From assembly GCA_026126065.1 (NCBI GenBank), contig JAHCJY010000005.1, positions 125,058 through 189,057 on the forward strand: 64,000 bases of DNA. Direction: 5' to 3'. The DNA comes from Bauldia sp. Lineage in GTDB: Bacteria; Pseudomonadota; Alphaproteobacteria; Rhizobiales; Kaistiaceae. Both the position numbers and the translations under genes were made by a program. Positions 44,219 through 54,254 of the stretch are shown one piece after another (position 1 is the stretch's first letter; each line of letters starts with the position of its first letter). The notes under the pieces were generated by a model. It saw only the letters and a program-made list of their open reading frames with translations, ran no database searches and was not told where the DNA came from.

Positions 44219-46611
44219 AGCCCGCCCGGCCGCTCGCCGTCCTCCTGCTGGCGACCGCATTCGGAACCGCGCCGGCCGCAGCGCAGGTGGCCGCGCCCTT
44301 CGACATGGGGATCGAACGCGACGCGCTTCCGCCCGGGCTGGCAACGACGCCTGCCGCGACCCCCGGGGCCGCCCCGGCGGCGGCGCCGGCCCTTACCGGC
44401 GAACTTCGCGGCGCGACCGTGACCGAGGTCCCGGCCGTCGCCCTCGCGCCCCCGACCTTCGACCGTCCGATCGTGCCGTACCGGAACTTCCGCCTGGCCG
44501 GCGAAGTCGACGGCCAGTCGTGGACGACGTATCTCACCGCCGCGCAGGCCAGTGCCCCGGCGACGCTCCATCTCGCCTTCCGCAATGCGCTCCTCGTGGC
44601 GCCCGAAGCGTCGCGGCTGCGGCTGCTCATCAACGACCGGCTCGTCATCGAGACCGCCGTAGCGAACTCGGAGGACCCGGCCGAGCTCGCCGTCGAACTG
44701 CCGGCCGGCCTCCTTCACGCCGGCGCCAACCGGATGCGGATCGAGGTGAGCCAGCGGCATCGCACCGACTGCACGGTGCAGTCCACCTACGAGCTGTGGA
44801 CGGACATCGACACCGCGCGGACCTTCATCTCGTTCGCCGATCCCGCGGCCAGCGCCATCACCCAGCTCGGCGACCTGCGCGCCGTCGGCGTCGACGCGAC
44901 AGGGCAGGCTGTCGTCAACATCCTGCTGCCGGGTCTCGAGCAGGCCGCCGCGACGCGCGATCTCATGCGCGTGGCCGAGGCCGTGGCGATCCGGCTCGAC
45001 GCGCCGGCACAAGTCGTCCGTGTCTCCGCGACCGACGGCGGCGGCCATGGCCCCGGCATACTTTCGGTCGTCATCGGGACGGTCGACGAGCTTCGTCCGA
45101 TCCTTGGCGACACAGTCATGGACAGCGTCTCCGGCCCGACGATCGCCTTCCTGCAGGGGCTCGAGGGGCCGACGCTCCTCATCAGCGGCCGCAGTTGGGC
45201 CGACATCGGCGTGGCCGTCGACGGGCTCGTGGGGCCGCTGACACCGCCCGCCGGCGCCACGCGCGTGGCCGTCTCATCCCTTTCCTGGCACTTCCCGGAG
45301 ATCCAGGTGATGGCGGGAAACTCCAGGCTGTCGCTCGCCGAACTCGGCGTGCCGACGACGGAGTTCTCCGGCCGGCGCTTCCGCACCGGCTTCCAGGTCG
45401 CCATGCCGTACGACCTCTACGCCCAGGCCTACGGTTACGCCTCGCTCTTCCTCGACGCCGCCTATGCGCCGGAAGTCCTGCCGGGTGGCCATATCGACGT
45501 CTACGTCAACGGCGAGATCGCGGCGACGACGCCGATCCTGACCCGCGGCGGCGGCATCCTCCGCCATCTCGAGGTCGGCGTGCCGCTCCGGCACTTCAAG
45601 GCCGGCACGAACCTGGTCGAGATCGAGGCCGTGCTGCCGACGGCAAGCGACGGGGTCTGCGTCCCGGGGGCGACGGCGTCCAATGTGAGCCGCTTCGCGC
45701 TGTTCGACACCACCGAGTTCGCCATGCCCGCCTACGCCCGGGCGGCCCAGCTCCCTGACCTTGCGGCCCTCGCCGGCGCCGGCTTCCCGTTCGGGGACGA
45801 GCCGCTCGCTCTCGTGCTCGGCCGGCTCGCGCCCGAGACGATGTCGGCCGCGGCGACCTTCCTCGCCCAACTTGCGGTGATGGGTGGCCGGCCGATCGAC
45901 GTCAATCCGGCGGCGAGCCCGAGCAGTTCCGCCACACCCTTCGGCCTCTTCGTCGGCGCCGCGTCGCAGATGCCGACCGGGGTCGCCGACATCGCCGGCA
46001 TCGCGGACACCGCGATTGGTGGCTGGATCGACCCGGTGGCGGTGGATCCGGGCATTCCCCTCGAAGTGGCGGCGCCAGCCGACAACACGGCGACCTTCGA
46101 TCGCTGGCGCGATACCCTGGCGGGCGGTGGCGGCTGGCGCGGCCAGATCAGCTCGTTCTCGGACTGGCTCAGCCGCACCTTCGACATCTCGCTTGCCACG
46201 CTCCGCTTCGGCGGGGCGCAGCGCCTCGACTACCTCCCGCCGGACGGCGCCGGGCTCCTGCTGGCGCAGGGTGCCCCGCAGGCCGGCCAGACCTCGTGGA
46301 CTGTGCTGACCGCGCCGACGGGCGACACGCTCCAGCGCACGACCGAGCTCCTCGTGCGGCCCGAGAACTGGGGCCGTGTCGAGGGCCAGGTCGCGACGTA
46401 CTGGCCGGCCACCGGCGCCGTCGAGGTCGTGCCGCTCGCCGGCGCCGACATCGTCTTCACCCAGCCGGCCACGCCCACCAATCTCCGGATGGTCGCGACC
46501 AACTGGCTGTCGAAGAACCTCCTCGTCTATGGCGGCCTTCTCCTCGGCCTCTGCATCCTTCTCGGCATCGCCACCTCGTGGCTGCTCAAATCCGTTGGAC
46601 GGCAATCATGA
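44215..46611 (+). CDS. bcsB: Cellulose synthase periplasmic subunit BcsB
   Basis: The GTG start overlaps the bcsA stop (GTGA). The signal peptide is VKPARPLAVLLLATAFGTAPAAAQ. The protein is about 798 aa with a C-terminal TM anchor (LLVYGGLLLGLCILLGIATSWLL). Confidence 0.85.
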   Translation: MKPARPLAVLLLATAFGTAPAAAQVAAPFDMGIERDALPPGLATTPAATPGAAPAAAPALTGELRGATVTEVPAVALAPPTFDRPIVPYRNFRLAGEVDGQSWTTYLTAAQASAPATLHLAFRNALLVAPEASRLRLLINDRLVIETAVANSEDPAELAVELPAGLLHAGANRMRIEVSQRHRTDCTVQSTYELWTDIDTARTFISFADPAASAITQLGDLRAVGVDATGQAVVNILLPGLEQAAATRDLMRVAEAVAIRLDAPAQVVRVSATDGGGHGPGILSVVIGTVDELRPILGDTVMDSVSGPTIAFLQGLEGPTLLISGRSWADIGVAVDGLVGPLTPPAGATRVAVSSLSWHFPEIQVMAGNSRLSLAELGVPTTEFSGRRFRTGFQVAMPYDLYAQAYGYASLFLDAAYAPEVLPGGHIDVYVNGEIAATTPILTRGGGILRHLEVGVPLRHFKAGTNLVEIEAVLPTASDGVCVPGATASNVSRFALFDTTEFAMPAYARAAQLPDLAALAGAGFPFGDEPLALVLGRLAPETMSAAATFLAQLAVMGGRPIDVNPAASPSSSATPFGLFVGAASQMPTGVADIAGIADTAIGGWIDPVAVDPGIPLEVAAPADNTATFDRWRDTLAGGGGWRGQISSFSDWLSRTFDISLATLRFGGAQRLDYLPPDGAGLLLAQGAPQAGQTSWTVLTAPTGDTLQRTTELLVRPENWGRVEGQVATYWPATGAVEVVPLAGADIVFTQPATPTNLRMVATNWLSKNLLVYGGLLLGLCILLGIATSWLLKSVGRQS

Positions 46612-47687
46612 CGCCTGTGTCCCGCCGTCCCTTCGCCCGCCTCCGGGCCGGCGTCGCCGCGCTCGCCGTGGCGGCGGGAATTGCAGCGCCCGCGTCAGCG
46701 CAGGCGCAGGATCTCGCCGCCGGCAGCCGCGACCTCTGGCCCGCCTACAAGGCGCGGTTCGTCGAACCCGGCGGCCGCGTCGTCGACAATGCCAACGGGT
46801 CCATCTCGCACAGCGAAGGGCAGGGCTACGGCATGCTCCTCGCCTACTTCGCGGGCGACGAGGCGAGCTTCCGGCAGATCTGGCGCTTTACCGACCGGCA
46901 GCTCTATGTCCGTTCCGACGGCCTCGCCGCCTGGCGCTGGGAGCCGAACGCCGTGCCGCCGATCACCGACATGAACAACGCCACCGACGGCGACATCCTG
47001 ATCGCCTACGCCCTCGCCCTCGCCGGCGAGGCGTGGGGCGACGCGGCGCTCACCGCGGCGGCGACCGAGATCGCCGAGGCGATCGGCCGGGAGACGATCG
47101 CCGACAACGGCACCTTCACCTACATCCTGCCGGGAGTGCTGGGCTTCAAGGCGAGCGACCGCGCCGACGGCCCGGTCGTGAACATCTCCTACTGGGTCTT
47201 CGAGGCGCTGCCGGTGCTGAGCCGGCTGGCGCCCGCCTATCCGTGGGAGGCCGTCACCTCCTCCGGCATTGCGCTCCTCAACCAGTCCCGCACCGGTCCG
47301 GCCGAACTGCCGCCGGAATGGTCGTCGCTCGCCAACATCCGGCCGCAGCCGGCATCAGGCTTCGATCGCGTTTTCGGCTATAACGCCATCCGCATCCCGC
47401 TCTACCTGATGCGTTCCGATCTCGCGACGCCCGGGCTTCTCGCGCCGTTCCTTCGCAACCGCACGGCGGATGGCGCGAGCGCCGTGGTGCTGCTCGAGAC
47501 CGGCGCTCCGCTCGAGCCGCTGTCCGATCCGGGCTACCGCATGGTCCTGGCGGCAGCCGACTGCGCGGTGAACGGGGCGCCGATTCCCGACGCGCTACTC
47601 CGCTTCGAGCCCGATCTGTACTACTCGGCGACGCTGTACCTGCTCTCGTGGTTCTACCTCGCCGAGCGTCACCCCGCCTGCCTATGA
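46608..47687 (+). CDS. bcsZ: Endoglucanase BcsZ (glycoside hydrolase family 8)
   Basis: There is an ATGA overlap with bcsB and a signal peptide. SHSEGQGYGMLLA and NATDGDILIAYAL are typical GH8 motifs. Confidence 0.85.
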   Translation: MTPVSRRPFARLRAGVAALAVAAGIAAPASAQAQDLAAGSRDLWPAYKARFVEPGGRVVDNANGSISHSEGQGYGMLLAYFAGDEASFRQIWRFTDRQLYVRSDGLAAWRWEPNAVPPITDMNNATDGDILIAYALALAGEAWGDAALTAAATEIAEAIGRETIADNGTFTYILPGVLGFKASDRADGPVVNISYWVFEALPVLSRLAPAYPWEAVTSSGIALLNQSRTGPAELPPEWSSLANIRPQPASGFDRVFGYNAIRIPLYLMRSDLATPGLLAPFLRNRTADGASAVVLLETGAPLEPLSDPGYRMVLAAADCAVNGAPIPDALLRFEPDLYYSATLYLLSWFYLAERHPACL

Positions 47688-50029
47688 AGGTTCGGCCGTC
47701 CCAGATCCTGCTCTTTCTGGTCCTCCTGGTGGGGGGCTTCTTCGTGCTGCGCGGCTTCTTCAGCGACGGCGGGACGTCGGGCATGCCGACCGTGGCTACG
47801 ACCCAGCAACAGGTGCCGGTCGCCACAATCTCCGTCGTTGGTGCCACGACCCCGCAAACGACTGGCTTAACCCCGACGACGACGATCAACGTCGGGACAA
47901 CGCCGACGACCACGATCAATGCCGGTGCCGCCGCCCCCACGACGGCGCCGGCCACCGTCGATACGACGCCCGTCGTGGTCGCGGCGAACGGCGTCAACAC
48001 CGCGATCGTCCCGGAGGTCGACACCGCCGCGCTGCGCTACTTCGCCCGCCAGGGCGACACCGTCCGGCTCCAGGCCGAGATCGCTCGCCTGCAGGCGCTC
48101 TACCCGACCTGGACGCCGCCGGCCGATCCGCTCGCCACTCCGGTGTACACGGACACCGAGATGGACCGCATGTGGGCCCTCTACTCCGAGGCCCGGTACG
48201 CCGAAGTCCGCACCGCGATCGCCGGGCGCCAGCAGCGCGAGCCCGGCTGGTCCCCCCCGGCGGCGCTCCTCGACCTGCTCGTCATCGGCGAGGCGCGCGA
48301 TCGGCTCGTCGCCGCATCGAATTCGCGGCGCTACGAGGAGGTCATCGTGGCGGCGGCGCAGACGCCGTCACTCCTCGTCTGCCTGGAGATGGACGTCATG
48401 TGGCGCGTCGCCGAGGCGTTTGCGCTCACCGGCCGCGAGCCGCGCGCGCTCGACGTCTACACGTATATTCTCCAGAACTGCGATGGCGCTCAGGAGCGCT
48501 TCGCCACGATGCAGAAGGCGCTCGGCCATCTCGAGCAGGGCGACTTCCGGACGCTCTACGCCTACGAACGGACCGGTGCGGCCGGTTCGCCCGAGTTCGA
48601 CGGCATCCGCACCGAGGAGGCGCGCACGGACCTCGTCCTCGGCGCGGAGGACGACGCGATCGTCCTCACGCCGGATGAGATCGCGCGGATGGAAGCGGCG
48701 GCGCGGGCCGGCGACGGTCCGTCCGATGCGCTTCTCCTCGGCTGGTACTACCAGCTCCGCGACGAGGCGCGCCGCTCCGAGCCCTGGTTCCGCCTCGCCT
48801 TCCAGCGCGAGGCGACGGCCGAGGCGGCCCAGGGTCTTGCCCTCGCCCTCATCGATCTCAATCGCGCCGACGAGGCCGAGGACATCGTCTATGCGTACCG
48901 CGACGATTCGGACGAGGTCATGGCGGTCTATCTCGCCGCTGTTGCGACCTATCTTGCCGAGGTGCCGATCCCCGACGTGACGCCGGCCGTGCTGCGGCGG
49001 ATGGCCGAGACGGTCGGCGGAGTCCGCGACGGCGTCGGCGCGCGCCAGCTCGGCTGGTACGCCTACAATCTCAGCCAGGTGACGACGGCCGTGGTCTGGT
49101 TCCAGACCTCGCTCGCCTGGCTTGCCGACAACGAGGAGGCCGCCTATGGCCTCGGCGTCTCGTACCAGCGCCTCCAGGATACGGCGAACCTCAACGCCCT
49201 CGTCCAGCAATGGGGCGCGCGCTCGCTCCGCATTCGCGCGCTGACCGACCCCGACGCGGCACGCCAGCTGCAGCAGCAGGGCGGCCTGATCCAGACGACC
49301 GTGCCGGTGCCGACGGTCGTCACGACCGGGACCCGCGCCGGCACGACGGCGGTGACGACCTACGCGGCCCCGGTCGGCGTCACCTATGCGACGGTGCCGG
49401 CCGCGACCCCCGCTCCGACGACGGGGACCTACGTGCCCGTCGCCACCGCGACCACGACCACGACCACACCAGCGACCACGACGACGGGCGGCGGGGGAGG
49501 CGGGGCGACGACCTCCTGCTCCACCTCGGTCAATCCGGAGACGCTGTCGCCCGCCGCCGCGCTCAATCGCGCGTGGTGCCTGATGGAGCTGAACCGTCCG
49601 ACAGAGGCCGCGGCGGCGTTCGGCGTCGCACTGCGAAGTACGTCCGCCGCGACCCGCTCCGATGCCGCTTATGGCCAGTCGCTTGCCTATCTCCGTCTCG
49701 GTGTCACCGATCGCGCCGCGATCGCTGCCACCCAGGCGGAGATGACGCCGGCGCGGGCGGACGAGGTCCAGGCCAACATCCTCTCGCAGCGCGCCGTCGC
49801 CGCCTACCAGGACGGCCGTTACTCCGAAGCGCTCCGCATCCTCGACGAGCGCGCCCGCATCGCCGGTGAGCAGAACGATCTCATGATCATCCGCGGCTAC
49901 AGCTACATGTACATGGGGAATCTGGTGGCCGCGCGCTGGGTGTTCGGCATGCTCGCCAACGCCGGCGTTCCCGACGCCCGAACCGGCCTCGCCGAGGTCG
50001 AGCGGCGCAGCAGCATCTTTGTCGAGTAG
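47684..50029 (+). CDS. bcsK: BcsK-like TPR protein of type III cellulose operons (no BcsC beta-barrel)
   Basis: There is an ATGA overlap with bcsZ. An N-terminal TM anchor is followed by Thr/Pro-rich linkers and TPR-like helical repeats. Confidence 0.5.
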   Translation: MKVRPSQILLFLVLLVGGFFVLRGFFSDGGTSGMPTVATTQQQVPVATISVVGATTPQTTGLTPTTTINVGTTPTTTINAGAAAPTTAPATVDTTPVVVAANGVNTAIVPEVDTAALRYFARQGDTVRLQAEIARLQALYPTWTPPADPLATPVYTDTEMDRMWALYSEARYAEVRTAIAGRQQREPGWSPPAALLDLLVIGEARDRLVAASNSRRYEEVIVAAAQTPSLLVCLEMDVMWRVAEAFALTGREPRALDVYTYILQNCDGAQERFATMQKALGHLEQGDFRTLYAYERTGAAGSPEFDGIRTEEARTDLVLGAEDDAIVLTPDEIARMEAAARAGDGPSDALLLGWYYQLRDEARRSEPWFRLAFQREATAEAAQGLALALIDLNRADEAEDIVYAYRDDSDEVMAVYLAAVATYLAEVPIPDVTPAVLRRMAETVGGVRDGVGARQLGWYAYNLSQVTTAVVWFQTSLAWLADNEEAAYGLGVSYQRLQDTANLNALVQQWGARSLRIRALTDPDAARQLQQQGGLIQTTVPVPTVVTTGTRAGTTAVTTYAAPVGVTYATVPAATPAPTTGTYVPVATATTTTTTPATTTTGGGGGGATTSCSTSVNPETLSPAAALNRAWCLMELNRPTEAAAAFGVALRSTSAATRSDAAYGQSLAYLRLGVTDRAAIAATQAEMTPARADEVQANILSQRAVAAYQDGRYSEALRILDERARIAGEQNDLMIIRGYSYMYMGNLVAARWVFGMLANAGVPDARTGLAEVERRSSIFVE

Positions 50030-50369
50030 GGACGGCAAGGAGGCCGCCTCAGCCGGGGGTCAAGACGCTCTTTCGCGAGGCAGTTCCCCAGCATCGGCGG
50101 GCCTAGCACGTCATCGGCTGACCGGCACAAGGCGTCTCGGATCGGCCGGGTTGCGTGGCGACCACACGGCAATCGGCCCGGCTGCCGGTGCCGCGGGGTG
50201 AGGATCCTGATCGGCAATCACTTCGACTCGATCTGCGTTTCCTTCACTGACAGGGGAACAGGGTCCCGCGCACGGAGGAGCCGACACTTGGCTCACCACG
50301 CGGCGCGCAGCCATTGACTAAGGATCGAGGCTCGCCAAGATCAGGCGGGCCCTGTGTGGAGCGAGCGCT

Positions 50370-50915
50370 ATGCGGTTTGGATTGGTCGTCGGAGCGGCTG
50401 TCGCCGCCACTGTTTTGGCATCGCCTTCCTTCGCGCAGGACGACGCTCCGCCGTCCTGGCTTTTTGTGCTTCAGGGCATCGTGACGGAAGTGGCGGACGG
50501 CCGCATTGCGCTCGCGCCTGATCCGAAGACGGTGGCCTTCACCGACCGGCCGGCCAGGCAGATTGTTCTCCTGGAGACCGTCGAGTTCATCGCCGCCGCA
50601 TGGGCGGAGGGCGGTGACTTCCGCGCGCTTCCGCCGAACGCCTCTATTGTCGACGAGGACGCCGGCACGATCGGCGTTGTTGAGATATTCAACGCGGTCC
50701 TGAGCGAGGGGGCTGTCGTTTTCGACTTCCGCTCGCTCATCGGGTTCCTCCCGCTCGCGGGCGATCGTGTCGCGCTCACGATCGACGGCTCCGTGTGCTG
50801 GGTGACAACGACGGACTCGGCAACCGTCACCACGACTTCAACGCCCTGCGATGATGGCGACATCGGCGGGCAGGTCCAAGCGGGGTTCGACGTCGGCCCG
50901 ACGAAGACGCCATGA
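50370..50915 (+). CDS. Secreted hypothetical protein
   Basis: 181 aa with signal peptide MRFGLVVGAAVAATVLASPSFAQ. SWLFVLQG...VAFTDRP resembles a conserved but unnamed periplasmic family. Confidence 0.5.
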   Translation: MRFGLVVGAAVAATVLASPSFAQDDAPPSWLFVLQGIVTEVADGRIALAPDPKTVAFTDRPARQIVLLETVEFIAAAWAEGGDFRALPPNASIVDEDAGTIGVVEIFNAVLSEGAVVFDFRSLIGFLPLAGDRVALTIDGSVCWVTTTDSATVTTTSTPCDDGDIGGQVQAGFDVGPTKTP

Positions 50916-51173
50916 TGTCACAGTGCGAAAGGCGGCCGCGGGGCGGAGGCGTGGTGCAAGAAGGCTGACCTACGAGGGTCGGTCTTCTGGAGGCGATTCC
51001 TCGGGCAGGGACACGAGCGTTAGGACAAAGGCGAGCGCGAGCCCAAAGGCCATGTCGCTCGGCGATCACCTGATGCCAATCGTCCTTCGCGCCCTGGGTC
51101 ATTCCTCACTCGCACGAATCAGGGTTGTCGCAACCGATGCAGTCCGGGTGCGCTTCTGCTGAGCTGCGGACAC

Positions 51174-51533
51174 TCAGCGCCCCAGCCCCTTCTGCGCCAG
51201 TTCCGACAGATAGCCGCTCCACAGCGAATCCCGTTCGCTCGCCAGCTTGCCAAAATAGTCCCAGGTGAAGATCCCGGTGTTGTGGCCGTCGTCGAAGGTG
51301 AGGCGCACCGCGTAATTCCCCACCGGCTCGATCGCCATGATGCGGACGCGGCTCTTGCCGGCGATCAGCCGGCGCTGCTCCGGGCTGTGGCCCTGCACCT
51401 CGGCGGAGGGCGAAAACACGCGAAGATATTCGGCATCGAAACTTTCCGCCCGGCCGTCATCGTAAGTGATGGCGATGACCCGCTTGTCGCGGTCAAGGCG
51501 GATTTTGGTCGGCCAGAGCGTTGCGTCGTTCAT
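51174..51533 (-). CDS. DUF971 domain-containing protein (gamma-butyrobetaine hydroxylase N-terminal-like)
   Basis: 119 aa. Motifs seen: YLRVFSPSAEVQGH and GNYAVRLTFDDGHNTGIFTWDYF. Confidence 0.7.
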   Translation of the reverse strand: MNDATLWPTKIRLDRDKRVIAITYDDGRAESFDAEYLRVFSPSAEVQGHSPEQRRLIAGKSRVRIMAIEPVGNYAVRLTFDDGHNTGIFTWDYFGKLASERDSLWSGYLSELAQKGLGR

Positions 51534-51642
51534 CGCGGTCTCCTTGCGGCGGTGTTAGCACGGCCGGCCATGCGGCGCGGTACAGGCGGCCCCTCTTGTG
51601 TCGCGGCGCCGATGGATCGAAGCTGGGGCAGGAACGAGCCGC

Positions 51643-52671
51643 ATGTCCTTCATGTCAGTCCCGCCGCTCCGGGCGCCGCAGGCGCTGGTCGATCCCTTCG
51701 GCCGGCGCGTGACCTATCTCCGCCTGTCGGTCACGGACCGCTGCGACCTTCGCTGCGTCTACTGCATGAAGGAGGACATGACCTTCCTGCCGCGGAAGGA
51801 GGTGCTGACGCTGGACGAACTCGACCGGCTTGCCTCCGCCTTCATCCGCCAGGGCGTGACGAAGCTCCGCATAACCGGCGGCGAGCCGCTGGTTCGCCGG
51901 GACGTGATGGACCTGTTCCGGAGCCTGTCGCGGCATCTCCGCTCCGGCGCGCTGGCCGAGCTGACGCTGACCACCAACGGCTCGCAGCTTGCCCGCCACG
52001 CCGACGAGCTCGCGGCCTGCGGCGTCCGGCGGATCAACGTCTCGCTCGATTCGCTGGACCGCGCCCGCTACGCCGCCATCACGCGCGGCGGCCGGCTCGA
52101 CGCCGTGCTGGACGGCGTCGCGGCGGCGCGCGCGGCCGGGATTGTGGTCAAGGTCAACACGGTCGCGCTCCGCGGTGGCAACGAGGACGAGGTCGAGGGG
52201 CTCGTGCGCTGGTGCCACGAGCGCGGCATGGACATCACCTTGATCGAGGTGATGCCGCTCGGCGAGACCGGCGAGGACCGCACCGACCAGTTCCTGTCGC
52301 TCGCGGACGTGCGCCGGCGCCTCGCTGCGCGGTTCACCCTGACCGACCTGCCGCTCCGCACCGGCGGGCCTGCGCGCTACGTCCATGTCGAGGAGACCGG
52401 CGGCCGGATCGGGTTCATCACGCCGCTCACCCACAATTTCTGTGAAAGCTGCAATCGCGTCCGCGTCACCTGCACCGGAACGCTCTTCATGTGCCTCGGG
52501 CAGGCCGGTGCCGTCGACCTTCGCGCCCCGCTTCGCGCGTCGTCGGATGACGCAGCCCTGAGCGAGGCGATCGCAGGCGCGATCGCGGCAAAGCCGAGGG
52601 GCCACGACTTCGTCATTGACCGCGGCCGGCCCGCGGCCCTAGCACGGCACATGAGCGTCACCGGCGGCTGA
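51643..52671 (+). CDS. moaA: GTP 3',8-cyclase MoaA (radical SAM)
   Basis: Motifs seen: [24 protein letters not shown], and the C-terminal [12 protein letters not shown] cluster. Confidence 0.9.
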   Translation: MSFMSVPPLRAPQALVDPFGRRVTYLRLSVTDRCDLRCVYCMKEDMTFLPRKEVLTLDELDRLASAFIRQGVTKLRITGGEPLVRRDVMDLFRSLSRHLRSGALAELTLTTNGSQLARHADELAACGVRRINVSLDSLDRARYAAITRGGRLDAVLDGVAAARAAGIVVKVNTVALRGGNEDEVEGLVRWCHERGMDITLIEVMPLGETGEDRTDQFLSLADVRRRLAARFTLTDLPLRTGGPARYVHVEETGGRIGFITPLTHNFCESCNRVRVTCTGTLFMCLGQAGAVDLRAPLRASSDDAALSEAIAGAIAAKPRGHDFVIDRGRPAALARHMSVTGG

Positions 52672-52702
52672 GGGAGCCTCCGGCACGCGCCGGACCCCCG
52701 CC

Positions 52703-53611
52703 TTGCCAACGCACCATTCCCACCGCCAGAATCTGGCCGGCATCGCCGCCATGTGCGTGGCGATGATCGGCTTCGTCAGCAACGACACCCAGGTGAAGCT
52801 CGCGAGCGAGCACATCCCGCTGGGTGAGGTGATGTTCCTGCGCGGCCTCGTCACCGTGGCGCTCGTCGGCGCGCTTGTCGTCGCCGGTGGTCATGCCCGG
52901 GAATGGCACGCCGTCCGCCGTCCCGCCGTGCTCCTGCGGACATTGGGCGAGGTCGCCGCCTCGATCCTGTTCCTCACCGCGCTGACCCACATCGATCTTT
53001 CGCACGGCACGACGCTGATGCAGGCCGTCCCGCTCGTCGTCACGGCGGCGAGCGCCATCTTCTTCAGGGAGTGGGTGTCGTGGCGGCGCTGGACGGCGAT
53101 CGTCATCGGCTTCATCGGCGTCGTCGTCGTTATGCGGCCCGGCTTCGTGGCGATCGACACCTGGTCGATCATGGTGCTGGCGGCGGTCCTCTTCGTGGCG
53201 CTCCGCGACCTGTCGACCCGCTCGATCCCCGGCTCGGTGCCGACGGTCATCATCGTTGGCATCGCCTGCGTCGGCGTGACGCTGGCCGGCGGCGTCATGG
53301 GGCTGACGGTGGACGAGCCCTGGCATATGCCCGACCTGTCGGTTCTGCCCCTCCTTTTCGGCTCGGCGGTCTGCCTCATCATCGGCTACTGGTTCGTGAT
53401 CTTCGCCATGCGGACAGGCGATGCGGGTGCGAGCGCGCCATTCCGCTACACCGTGATCGTCTGGGCGACGCTCTACGGCTTCCTCATCTGGGGCGACCGG
53501 CCGGACCTGTGGACCGGCATCGGCACGGTGCTCATCGTTGCGCCGAGCCTCTATGTGTTCTACCGCGAGCGCCGGCTCGCGCGGGAAGACCCGGCGAACC
53601 GTCGCGAATAG
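52703..53611 (+). CDS. DMT (EamA) family transporter
   Basis: About 10 TM helices in two EamA-like halves. The start codon is uncertain (TTG at 52703). Confidence 0.7.
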   Translation: MPTHHSHRQNLAGIAAMCVAMIGFVSNDTQVKLASEHIPLGEVMFLRGLVTVALVGALVVAGGHAREWHAVRRPAVLLRTLGEVAASILFLTALTHIDLSHGTTLMQAVPLVVTAASAIFFREWVSWRRWTAIVIGFIGVVVVMRPGFVAIDTWSIMVLAAVLFVALRDLSTRSIPGSVPTVIIVGIACVGVTLAGGVMGLTVDEPWHMPDLSVLPLLFGSAVCLIIGYWFVIFAMRTGDAGASAPFRYTVIVWATLYGFLIWGDRPDLWTGIGTVLIVAPSLYVFYRERRLAREDPANRRE

Positions 53612-53643
53612 CCCGTCAGAGGCTCGGAAGGGGAGAGAAGAAC

Positions 53644-53925
53644 GTGGAACACAAGCTGGCGGAAGAGGCGGCGGCGGAGTCCGGTGTCGACCTGCACAAA
53701 TTCGTGCGCGTGGTCGACGACCTTATCCAGCTCGCCAATCAGAGCAATCTGGACCTCAAATCCGCGACGGGCGTGAACCTTGCGCTGCTCTACGGCCTGT
53801 CGCGCTACGGCGCCTTCGTCGGCCGCACCCGCACCGGCGCCGACCGCGACGCCTACATCAAGAGCCTCACCGACCGGTACGAGGCGATGCTCAAGGCGCA
53901 GTTCGCGGACCCCGCGCTGAAGTAG
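53644..53925 (+). CDS. DUF3144 domain-containing protein
   Basis: The GTG start is preceded by GGAAGGGGAGAG. The 93-aa product contains FVRVVDDLIQLANQ...ALLYGLSRYGAF. Confidence 0.55.
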   Translation: MEHKLAEEAAAESGVDLHKFVRVVDDLIQLANQSNLDLKSATGVNLALLYGLSRYGAFVGRTRTGADRDAYIKSLTDRYEAMLKAQFADPALK

Positions 53926-54022
53926 GCCTTCCCCCGCGCCGTCCCGATCCCGACGCGCGTATGAGTTGGGCACTTCATTCGATCGAAGCGGTCGCAACGC
54001 TCGCGCGCGGTGATCGAAGGAG

Positions 54023-54068
54023 GGTGAGGGGGTCTCACGGTCTGAACGGGACGCGACACCCCCTCACC
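54023..54068. repeat. Hairpin repeat GGTGAGGGGGT / ACCCCCTCACC
   Basis: Perfect 11-bp arms at 54023-54033 and 54058-54068 flank a 24-nt loop. The element is intergenic. Confidence 0.7.
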
Positions 54069-54107
54069 ATCCAGCCCCAATCTCGGCTTCGCCTCGCCAA
54101 GGGCTGA

Positions 54108-54139
54108 GTTCCTCTCCCCGCCCGGCGGGGAGAGGGAAC
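54108..54139. repeat. GGGGAGAGGGAAC-type hairpin repeat (REP-like), second copy
   Basis: gttcctctcccc gcccggc ggggagagggaac shares its arm sequence with 15924-15953. Confidence 0.6.
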
Positions 54140-54254
54140 GGCCGCTGTCACTGGATTCTCCTGCCAGCACATGCCGGACAAAGGCACGTGTTGACCGCGA
54201 CGCCGGCACTCGCTTAGTTGAACGTTCAATCAACTAGCGGAGGGACCGCCTCAC

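Noticed and set aside
51534-51642. A possible Moco riboswitch upstream of moaA.
   Set aside because: The leader is only about 110 nt, and I could not find the conserved Moco motif elements or a convincing multi-stem structure.
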